A stretch of DNA of 64,000 bases from Candidatus Multivoradales bacterium (GTDB taxonomy: Bacteria; Acidobacteriota; Thermoanaerobaculia; Multivoradales; Multivoraceae). Shown here piece by piece: positions 40,790-48,360 of the stretch (position 1 is its first letter; each line of letters begins with the position of its first letter). Location of the stretch: contig CBDCWI010000002.1 in NCBI GenBank assembly GCA_965223325.1, positions 2,272,001 through 2,336,000 of the forward strand. Direction: 5' to 3'. The position numbers and the translations under genes were made by a program. Under the pieces are notes generated by a model. It worked only from the letters and a program-made list of their open reading frames with translations. It searched no databases and had not been told where the DNA came from.

Positions 40790-42531
40790 GCGCCTGCTTC
40801 CTGAACCGCGCGCCTCTCCTCGGGCGCCGGGATAGGACCCTCGAACACCACCTGGTTTCCTTCGACGCGAAGTGCCAGGCGACGCTGCCAGAGGGCGCGC
40901 GCACGCGGGAAGTCGGTGCGGTAGTGACCGCCGCGACTCTCCTCGCGACGGAGCGCGGCACGCGTTACCAGGCGCGCGACGAGGACCATGTTGCGCAGCT
41001 CGCCGGCCTCCCGGGTGTGCACTTCGCGCCAGCTGCTGGCGGTGTCGCGCGCGATCGCGTCGATGTCTTCGCCCGCGGCGGTGAGTCCCTCCGCGTCTCG
41101 CTCGAGGGCGACGTGCTTCCACATCACACTGCGCAACCGCGCGCGCAGAGCGTGACCGGGGCCAAGAGCGCGCCCGGCGAGGCTCAGGCCGCCATCGCCA
41201 GCGATCCGCCGGTTCGTGGGGCCGGCCCGGTCGGAGTGGCCAGCGAAGGCGTCGATCTCGATCTGGGCACCAACCCGGCTGCCGAAGACCAGTCCTTCGA
41301 GCAGCGAGTTGCTCGCCAGCCGGTTCGCACCGTGGACGCCCGATGACGTCACCTCACCCGCTGCCCAGAGGCCAGGAAGCGACGTTCTGCCCTCGGCATC
41401 CACGGCGACGCCACCCATCGTGTAGTGGGCCGCCGGCGATACCGGCACGGGCTCCGTGAGCGGGTCGATTCCCACCGCTTCGCAGCTCTCGATCAAAGTC
41501 GGGAACCGACGCTCGAGATCCTTCAGGTGACGCACGTCGAGAAACGTCTCATGACCCGCTGCCCGGTGCCGCACGATCGTGCGCGCCACCTGGTCGCGCG
41601 CGGCCAGTTCGCCTTCGGGTAGAACGGCGGCAACGAAGCGTTCGCCCTTCTCGTCGATGAGATGACCTCCGGCACCGCGCAGTGCCTCGGTGAGAAGCGG
41701 CGAACCCTCTAGCCGATCGAGATCGGGAACTGCCAGCGAAGTGGGGTGAAACTGCACGAACTCCATATCGAGCAGGCGCGCGCCGGCACGGGCCGCCATC
41801 GCCATGCCGTCGCCGGTGACTTCGGCTGGGTTGGTGGTGTGCGCATAGAGCTGGCCGAGGCCGCCGGTAGCCAGCACCGTCGCCTCGGCGAAGATGGCGA
41901 CGCGCCGCGAGCCGGTCTCCGAGAGCTCGATCCCCACCACCCCCACCACCGAGTCGTCGCCGGCCTGGTTGGCAGCGAGCAGAAAGTCGACCGCAAAGAA
42001 GTGCTCGGCGATTTCGACATGGTCTGTCCGGCGAACTGCTTCGGAAAGCACCCGCACTACCTCGGCGCCGGTGCGATCGCCCCCGGCATGCAGAATGCGC
42101 GCTCGTGCGTGGCCACCTTCGCGGCCGAGGGCCAGCTCGCCCTCACTGTCGAGGTCGAAGCGCGCACCGAGCTCGAGGAGCCGCTCGATCGCCGCCGGCG
42201 CCGCGCCAGTAACCTGAGCGATCGCCTCGGCGTCGCCCAGTCCGCGCGCCACCCGCTCGGTGTCTTCGGCGTGCAGGAGAGGAGAGTCGTCTTCACCCAT
42301 CGCCGCCGCGATGCCACCCTGGGCCCAGGGGCTCGAGCCACTCGCCAACGCCCCCTTGGTGACTAGGAGCGTTGAACGCGGCGTTGCACCCAAGGCAACC
42401 GAAAGGCCCGCAACCCCGCTTCCGAGCACCAACACTTCGGTGTACCGCACCTCCTCGATGTCGGCCCCCTCGAGGCCAGTGCCTTCAAGGACGCTGCCTT
42501 CGAGGGTGGTGTTTGATTCGGTGAGCTTCAT
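40786..42531 (-). CDS. nadB: L-aspartate oxidase
   Basis: GSGVAGL, SPWAQGGIAA, REGGH, EFVQFHPT, EALRG, HYTMGG, HGANRLASNSLLE, EESRGGH. Confidence 0.95.
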   Translation of the reverse strand: MKLTESNTTLEGSVLEGTGLEGADIEEVRYTEVLVLGSGVAGLSVALGATPRSTLLVTKGALASGSSPWAQGGIAAAMGEDDSPLLHAEDTERVARGLGDAEAIAQVTGAAPAAIERLLELGARFDLDSEGELALGREGGHARARILHAGGDRTGAEVVRVLSEAVRRTDHVEIAEHFFAVDFLLAANQAGDDSVVGVVGIELSETGSRRVAIFAEATVLATGGLGQLYAHTTNPAEVTGDGMAMAARAGARLLDMEFVQFHPTSLAVPDLDRLEGSPLLTEALRGAGGHLIDEKGERFVAAVLPEGELAARDQVARTIVRHRAAGHETFLDVRHLKDLERRFPTLIESCEAVGIDPLTEPVPVSPAAHYTMGGVAVDAEGRTSLPGLWAAGEVTSSGVHGANRLASNSLLEGLVFGSRVGAQIEIDAFAGHSDRAGPTNRRIAGDGGLSLAGRALGPGHALRARLRSVMWKHVALERDAEGLTAAGEDIDAIARDTASSWREVHTREAGELRNMVLVARLVTRAALRREESRGGHYRTDFPRARALWQRRLALRVEGNQVVFEGPIPAPEERRAVQEAGA

Positions 42532-42599
42532 TCCTGGCTCCGGTTCAGAGGGTTGGTCTGCGAGTTCCAATGGCGTATCGATCGGTTGAAGGGCGCGGT

Positions 42600-43664
42600 T
42601 CAGTTGACTGGCGCACCCGGCGTGCGGGTGATCTTGACCTCGAGCATGCGCTCGACCGCCCGGCGCGCACGCTCGGCGACGTCTTCCGGAACCGTGACCT
42701 CGTGGGTCATGTTCTGGAGCGAAGCCAGGATCTTCGGCAAGGTGATGCGCTTCATGTGCGGGCACAGGTTGCAGGGGCGCACGAACTCGGTCTTCGGGTT
42801 GGCGACCGCGACGTTGTCGCTCATCGAGCACTCGGTGATCATCACCACGCGCTCCGGCGCCTTGTCAGCGACCCAACCACTCATCGCCGAGGTCGAGCCC
42901 ACGAAGTCCGACGCGTTGCAGACTTCGGGCGGACACTCCGGATGCGCCAGAACCACCACCCCCGGGTAGCGCTCGCGCGCATCCTCGATGTCACGCGCGG
43001 TGAAGCGCTCGTGAACCTCGCAATGACCCTTCCAGAGAATCAACTCGACGTCGGTCTGGGTCGCAACCCAGTTGCCGAGGTACTCGTCGGGCAGAAAGAT
43101 CACCCGGTCGACACCCAGCGACTCAACCACGTCGACCGCGTTGCCCGAAGTGCAGCACACGTCAGACTCGGCCTTCACCTCGGCCGAGGTGTTGACGTAG
43201 GTCACCACCGGCACGCCCGGGTAACGCTCCTTGAGCAGCCGAATGTCGGCACCAGTGATCGAGTCAGCCAGCGAACACCCGGCACGCATGTCCGGTATGA
43301 GCACCGTCTTCGACGGATTGAGGAGCTTCGCAGTCTCGGCCATGAAGTGCACCCCACAAAGAACGATCACCGAAGCGTCGGTCTCGGCCGCCAACCGCGC
43401 CAGGGCCAGCGAGTCGCCCGAAAGATCGGCCACCCCATGGAAGATCTCGGGCGTCTGGTAGTTGTGCGCCAGGATCACCGCGTCGCGCTCCTTCTTGAGC
43501 TTGTTGATCGCATCGATATAGGGCGCATGCACCGCCCACTCGATCTCCGGAATCACGTCCCGTACACGCTCCCAGGCATCCGCGGTGGCAAGTGCCACCT
43601 CCGGCGTATAGAGCAGGACGGAGTTCTCGGCTGCTTTGTTGGAATCGGAAGCTCTGGCGGTCAT
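42600..43664 (-). CDS. nadA: Quinolinate synthase
   Basis: [41 protein letters not shown]. Confidence 0.97.
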   Translation of the reverse strand: MTARASDSNKAAENSVLLYTPEVALATADAWERVRDVIPEIEWAVHAPYIDAINKLKKERDAVILAHNYQTPEIFHGVADLSGDSLALARLAAETDASVIVLCGVHFMAETAKLLNPSKTVLIPDMRAGCSLADSITGADIRLLKERYPGVPVVTYVNTSAEVKAESDVCCTSGNAVDVVESLGVDRVIFLPDEYLGNWVATQTDVELILWKGHCEVHERFTARDIEDARERYPGVVVLAHPECPPEVCNASDFVGSTSAMSGWVADKAPERVVMITECSMSDNVAVANPKTEFVRPCNLCPHMKRITLPKILASLQNMTHEVTVPEDVAERARRAVERMLEVKITRTPGAPVN

Positions 43665-43700
43665 CGGGTGAGGTCTCCTGAACTCGCAGTCTGCGAAATA

Positions 43701-43721
43701 TTATGCTCGATCTGAGCATAA
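43701..43721. promoter_or_regulatory. NadQ operator 1
   Basis: TTATGCTC-GATCT-GAGCATAA matches both arms of the 21-bp NadQ consensus ttATRCTC-N5-GAGYATaa; 37 bp upstream of nadA. Confidence 0.85.
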
Positions 43722-43765
43722 AGATCGGTCAAGAACAGCCGATTCCTAGGAGAATCGGCCAGCTT

Positions 43766-43786
43766 TTATGCTCGATATGAGTATAA
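43766..43786. promoter_or_regulatory. NadQ operator 2, overlapping the nadA -10 element
   Basis: TTATGCTC-GATAT-GAGTATAA. Confidence 0.85.
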
Positions 43787-43809
43787 GGTCCTGAGAACAC
43801 TCTTGTCAA
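43780..43809 (-). promoter_or_regulatory. Sigma70 promoter of nadABC
   Basis: Minus strand TTGACA (43809-43804), 18-bp spacer, TATACT (43785-43780). Confidence 0.7.
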
Positions 43810-43865
43810 GAACTTTCGTGGGCTCCTTCCTGGGCGACTCGAACTGGGAGTCTGTCGAACAGAGG

Positions 43866-43894
43866 TTGACAGTGGGCACGCAGAAGTACATACT
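43866..43894 (+). promoter_or_regulatory. Sigma70 promoter of vapBC, likely leaderless transcript
   Basis: TTGACA-N17-CATACT ending 6 nt before the ATG at 43901; no SD; AAGTA-CA-TACTT palindrome over the -10. Confidence 0.65.
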
Positions 43895-43900
43895 TTTCGT

Positions 43901-44161
43901 ATGAAACGTACGTCTCTTACGATTGACGAGCAGCTGCTGCAGGAGGCCCAGCGCTTGAGTGGCGAACGCAGCTACTCTAAAACCGTCGACCGGGCTCTGC
44001 ACGATTTCGTCAAGCGCATCAAGGCCCGCAGGATCCTCGAGCTGCGTGGCAGAGACCTATGGCGAGGCAGCCTCGATGAGATGCGCGGTGATCAGCCGGG
44101 CCGGGCCACAGGACCGGTCGCGGCAGTTCGGCAAGACGAAGTCGCAGAAGGCGATCCGTGA
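43901..44161 (+). CDS. vapB: Type II TA antitoxin, VapB family (RHH)
   Basis: MKRTSLTIDEQLLQEA...KTVDRAL...L.G...W.GSLDEMR; GTGA overlap with the PIN toxin. Confidence 0.88.
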   Translation: MKRTSLTIDEQLLQEAQRLSGERSYSKTVDRALHDFVKRIKARRILELRGRDLWRGSLDEMRGDQPGRATGPVAAVRQDEVAEGDP

Positions 44162-44547
44162 TCCTCGTCGATACCTCGGTCTGGATCGAGTTCTTCAACA
44201 GTTCGAGCGACCTCGACCTGGAAGCTGCCATCGACTTCGATGACATCGTGACCTGTCTGCCGGTTGTCCAGGAGATCCTGCAGGGCTTCGACAATGAGCG
44301 CGCCTATCGCCTGGCCCAGGAGGCACTGGCGAGCTTCCCGATCGTCGAGTCCCCACTCTCTCTGGAGGTCTTCCACGAGGCCGTTGACCTCTACCGCTCC
44401 GCCCGGCGCAGTGGCCACACGATCCGGTCGAGCGTCGACTGCCTGATCGCCGCCTGCGCAAGACGTAACGCGCTCACGATTCTTCACCGCGACCGTGACT
44501 TCGATGCCCTCGCACAGATCGCGCCGCTCGAAGTCGTCCGGATCTAG
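44158..44547 (+). CDS. vapC: Type II TA PIN-domain toxin
   Basis: MILVDTSVWIEFF, QEILQG, SSVDCLIAA, LHRDRDFD. Confidence 0.93.
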   Translation: MILVDTSVWIEFFNSSSDLDLEAAIDFDDIVTCLPVVQEILQGFDNERAYRLAQEALASFPIVESPLSLEVFHEAVDLYRSARRSGHTIRSSVDCLIAACARRNALTILHRDRDFDALAQIAPLEVVRI

Positions 44548-44626
44548 GACGGCCCCTGCCAGACAGCGAAAACGGCGCCCCGGGTTCTCACCGTGAGCGC
44601 CGTCTCGCCTTTCTCGGGGTGAGCCT

Positions 44627-45469
44627 CTAGTCGGAAGTCTCCAGCGCGTTGTCGAGCGCTGCTTTGAACTCGTTGAACGCCTTCGCGCCACGCAGGAATG
44701 TCACGCCAGTGACCTTGGTGGGATCATTCGGGTCGGTTCTGGCCACCACGAAGCTCGGCGTTCCGCTGGCGCCGACCTTCTGCGCCTGCACCATGTCATT
44801 GCGAACCGACTTGGCGTAGGTCTCGGCTTCCATGCACTGCTCGAACTCGGCAACGTCGAGACCGAGCGTTTCGGCGTGCGCATTGATGGGCTCGATCTTC
44901 TTCTGGTTGGCAAACAGCAGATCGTGCATCTCCCAGTACTTGCCCTGGTCGTTGGCACAGTGCGTCGCTTCAGCGGCCGTAAAGGCGTCTTTATGAATCG
45001 ATTCCAGCGGTAGATCGAGAAGGGCGTAGCGGATCTTGCCGGTGTCGACGTACTCCTTCTGGATCTGCGGCAGGGTGTTCTGGGTGTAGCGGGCGCAGAA
45101 CGGGCACTGATAGTCGGTGAACTCGACCAGGGTGACCTTCGCGTCCTCGTTGCCCTTTAAAACGTTGTTGCCAAGGTCGATCGTCATGCCTGCAACCGAC
45201 GGGCCGGTTGGGCGCGCGGGTGCTGCCGCGGCGGGCCGGGCAGCGAGCTGCTTGGAGATCTCCTCGAGCTGCTTGCGAATCTCGGCCTGGCCGGCCTGTA
45301 GAGCATCGATCCGGCGTTCAAGGTCGATCTCGCTACGAATCGCGTCCTGCCCCGCCTTCAAGGCCTCGATCTCACGACGGAGTTCCTCCTGGTCCTTCTG
45401 GGCCGCGAGCGGGGCGACGAAAAGGGCACCGAGACTGACGGCGACCAGAATGCGTTTGGTGTGCTTCAT
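44627..45469 (-). CDS. DsbA-family periplasmic thiol-disulfide oxidoreductase with N-terminal coiled coil
   Basis: AAGGAG RBS, signal peptide, duplicated coiled-coil unit (RREIEALKAGQ / RRIDALQAGQ), EFTDYQCPFC, GASGTPSF. Confidence 0.9.
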   Translation of the reverse strand: MKHTKRILVAVSLGALFVAPLAAQKDQEELRREIEALKAGQDAIRSEIDLERRIDALQAGQAEIRKQLEEISKQLAARPAAAAPARPTGPSVAGMTIDLGNNVLKGNEDAKVTLVEFTDYQCPFCARYTQNTLPQIQKEYVDTGKIRYALLDLPLESIHKDAFTAAEATHCANDQGKYWEMHDLLFANQKKIEPINAHAETLGLDVAEFEQCMEAETYAKSVRNDMVQAQKVGASGTPSFVVARTDPNDPTKVTGVTFLRGAKAFNEFKAALDNALETSD

Positions 45470-45671
45470 CGTTTCTATCTCCTTTGAAAACTCTTGCCTC
45501 GCGCGATTCGATGCGGAGGCTCGACTCTGAACTTGACGGTGCGGTGTTTCTTTTCGGTACCGCTTGGGCAAACAACACGGCCCGCCGGACGAGGAGGGTT
45601 CCCTGAATCAGGGCTTCAATGAAGAGTCGACGTTTCCGCGGAAACGTCTTCGGCGGTTTGGCCAAAAAAAC

Positions 45672-45687
45672 AGCAATCCCCGTGCCA
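45672..45687 (-). promoter_or_regulatory. Sigma54 (-24/-12) promoter upstream of dsbA
   Basis: Minus strand TGGCACGGGGATTGCT is an exact match to TGGCACG-N4-TTGCW. Confidence 0.75.
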
Positions 45688-45760
45688 TGGAACGAAGCTT
45701 CACAGCGGCATAGGAATGTTGAGAAGAACCTATCTTACGCACCCGGTTCTCCGCCGGCAG

Positions 45761-48169
45761 TCACGGTTCATAACTCCACCCGTCCACCATCAAGCCGTTG
45801 TTTTTCGAGTAGCCCACCTGGCGCAAGGTAATGAGTCCTTGTGCATCGCGCACCAGGGTGGTTGGCGTGCCACTAACCTGATAGGCGATCTGGCTCTGGC
45901 GCAGTGGATCGACCGCGACGACGGAGAAGAAGGCCTCGTCCCAGCCGTCGAGGAAGCTCGAAACCTTCTCGGAGCTCTCATCGCTGATCGCCACCACCGG
46001 TAGGCCGCGACTCTCAGCAAACGCCAGGACCTCAGGCACCGCCGCCTTGCAGGGGCCACACCACGTCGCCCAGAAGAAGAGCACCGCGGGCTCCGAGGCG
46101 GCGGGCGCATCGCCACGAACCAGCTTCAGATTGTCAGGCAGCCGCGGCGCCGCCTCCCCCACCGTCGGCGGGCCAGTGAGCTCCGGCCACACGCGCGGGT
46201 ACGGCTCGAGTTCGAGATGGGCCAGGAAACGCTCGTCGCGATCGAGCGAGGAACCCAGCCTGACCACCTCGATCGGCAGCGGAACGCCCTGCGCCGAGAC
46301 CATCGTCCACTCTTTGAGCTGGCGCTGGGTCTCGAACAGGCGACCGGGCGGCCCGAGAAGAACGTCACCTGGCTCGAAGCCGGCGCGCTCGGCTGGAGAG
46401 TCGGGGTAGATGACGTCGAGTAGGGTCGCGCCTTCGGGAAGGTGGCGCGCTGCCCGCACATCGGGCGAAAGCGGCCTGAAACGCACGCCGAGCCAGGACG
46501 GCTGCAGTTCCTTCGCCAACAGCAAGTCCTCTTCGAGACCAGGGAAGGCATTGGTCACCCGCACAGGCGGCTCGTCCATCGCGTTGCCAAGGCCAATCTC
46601 GAGGCTTTCGCACTCCTTGAGCGCCGCCAGCGCCGCCTGCTTGGCTTCCAAATCAGGCGCTTCCATCAACGTCCTGCCGGCAATCGACACGAGGATGTTG
46701 CGCATCCGCTGGAGCACCGCCATGCGCACCTCGAGCCGGTACTCAGCCTCATCACCCTCGAGGGCGTTCTGCTCGAGGCGCTCCAGACGCTCGCGCAAGG
46801 AGCGCCGGTAGTAAACATAGTCACTGGTGTGATCGAGCACCTGCTCGAGCAGCCACGCACGACTGGTCGCGTCCAGATTGCTGAGCGCATTCTTCGACAG
46901 GCGCTTCTCGAGCTCGGGATGTTCTTCCGCAACCGCCCGCAGGATTCCTTCCTTGAGGTCAACCAGCGTTTCATTCCAACGCTTAGTGTAGGTCGCAATC
47001 TCCTCGCGCAAGGCCTCCAGATCCGCCACATAGCCCGCCATCTCAGCCAGGCTGCGCGGGCTGAAGGTGCCATAGGCATCGCCCAGCCGATCGAGGAGAC
47101 GGATCTCGGGCTCCCAGCGCGCCCGGTCGCGCCACGCCTCCTCGAGGAGCAAGTCGGCGAAGGCGTCGAGCTCGAGATTCGCGGCAGTCGCAGCAGCCTC
47201 GAGCGTGCGCAGGAGGTAGAGGTCGCTGGTGGCCAGGGGGATATCAGGCGTCGCGTCGGTTTCGATCACCTGCCAATGCGCCTCTGCCGTCGTCTCGACG
47301 CGGTCGAGCGCTTCGATGAACCGAAAGGCATGGCCGATGCGATCTCGATCGCGACCTTCCGGGTAACAACCGTAGGCCCGTCGATCACGGGTGGTCGAAA
47401 AGAAGCCGCACACCGAGCCGTCGGGCTCTGAGCCATCGGGGTCGAAGATCAGTTCCGCGAAAGAGCCGGAGTAGCACTGCGACATGACCATCGTGGTGCT
47501 GGTGGTCTCGGGCAGGAGGCCAAGCATTGAGCGCAGCTCTTCGACCGAGAGCTTCTCTTTCCACATTGAGATGTGGTTGTTGGCGGGGTCTTCCTTGTTG
47601 AGGGTGCCGTGGTCGGTGACGAAGAGGAAGAGTTTCTGGCCCTGTCCCTCTGAACCCTGAAACCTGGTGAACTCGCCCTCGAGGGCCGAGATAGTGGCCT
47701 CTTCAAAGCTTGGACCGCGCCACGTCGTATCAATCAACTCGGTCTGTGGGCGCAGGCGCTTACCGGCTCGTGTGCCTTCGATCAACCGGTAGCGATCGGG
47801 TTTTGGATCGCGCCGGGCCAGGTCCTTACCGGGGTCCTTGCCGTCGGCAGAGAGAATCGAGATGGTGTGGTTCGGGAAACCCGCAGCCAGCAAGTGCCTC
47901 GTCAGGTCTTCGAGGTGGTTCAGATGAGAAAGATAGTTCGAAGTGGGATTGTGGCCGCCGTTGAGGAGGATGGCGTTCGTGATCTTCGCTTCGGCCGTCG
48001 CGTCGTTGGTTCCGGTCGGATAGGAAGCGGTCGAGCCTTCAAAATGAGCCGGTTCCTCTGCCATTGCCTTCGCCGCAGTCGAAGCGGCAAGGAGAGGAAG
48101 CAAAGCCAGGACGGCCGCCACCCGACGAGAGAAGCGTCCCACGGAGATCGCAAGAAATCCTCGAGGCAT
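45761..48169 (-). CDS. Secreted clan CD (C13 legumain-like) peptidase - helical linker - PDZ - TlpA/thioredoxin fusion
   Basis: Signal peptide; AILLNGG..NY..H; LFVTDHG (His); MSQCYSGSF (Cys); WLGV...DSPAERAGFEPGDVL (PDZ); FWATWCGPC and GTPT (thioredoxin). Start moved from 48322 because that segment spans a terminator. Confidence 0.8.
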   Translation of the reverse strand: MPRGFLAISVGRFSRRVAAVLALLPLLAASTAAKAMAEEPAHFEGSTASYPTGTNDATAEAKITNAILLNGGHNPTSNYLSHLNHLEDLTRHLLAAGFPNHTISILSADGKDPGKDLARRDPKPDRYRLIEGTRAGKRLRPQTELIDTTWRGPSFEEATISALEGEFTRFQGSEGQGQKLFLFVTDHGTLNKEDPANNHISMWKEKLSVEELRSMLGLLPETTSTTMVMSQCYSGSFAELIFDPDGSEPDGSVCGFFSTTRDRRAYGCYPEGRDRDRIGHAFRFIEALDRVETTAEAHWQVIETDATPDIPLATSDLYLLRTLEAAATAANLELDAFADLLLEEAWRDRARWEPEIRLLDRLGDAYGTFSPRSLAEMAGYVADLEALREEIATYTKRWNETLVDLKEGILRAVAEEHPELEKRLSKNALSNLDATSRAWLLEQVLDHTSDYVYYRRSLRERLERLEQNALEGDEAEYRLEVRMAVLQRMRNILVSIAGRTLMEAPDLEAKQAALAALKECESLEIGLGNAMDEPPVRVTNAFPGLEEDLLLAKELQPSWLGVRFRPLSPDVRAARHLPEGATLLDVIYPDSPAERAGFEPGDVLLGPPGRLFETQRQLKEWTMVSAQGVPLPIEVVRLGSSLDRDERFLAHLELEPYPRVWPELTGPPTVGEAAPRLPDNLKLVRGDAPAASEPAVLFFWATWCGPCKAAVPEVLAFAESRGLPVVAISDESSEKVSSFLDGWDEAFFSVVAVDPLRQSQIAYQVSGTPTTLVRDAQGLITLRQVGYSKNNGLMVDGWSYEP

Positions 48170-48289
48170 CAGGACTCCAACCGTTCGGCTGACAGAGAAA
48201 GCGCGTCGGAGCGAGTAAGCCCTCGATCCGACCGCTGCCACTACACCATAGGCGAAGCCTATGTCGGCCATAGCACCTCTTAGAAGGTC

Positions 48290-48315
48290 AAAGGAGGGCG
48301 CCGAAGCGCCCTCCT
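48290..48315 (-). terminator. Intrinsic terminator-like hairpin after the Cys-rich gene
   Basis: AGGAGGGCGC-TTCG-GCGCCCTCCT, then TT (short U tract). Confidence 0.6.
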
Positions 48316-48360
48316 CCGCCATGAACCCATACGGGTCTTCATTTCAGGTTGCCGATACCG

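Noticed and set aside
48170-48322. N-terminal extension of the C13 fusion given in the ORF track
   Set aside because: It runs through a terminator hairpin and precedes the signal peptide; the start at 48169 is more plausible.
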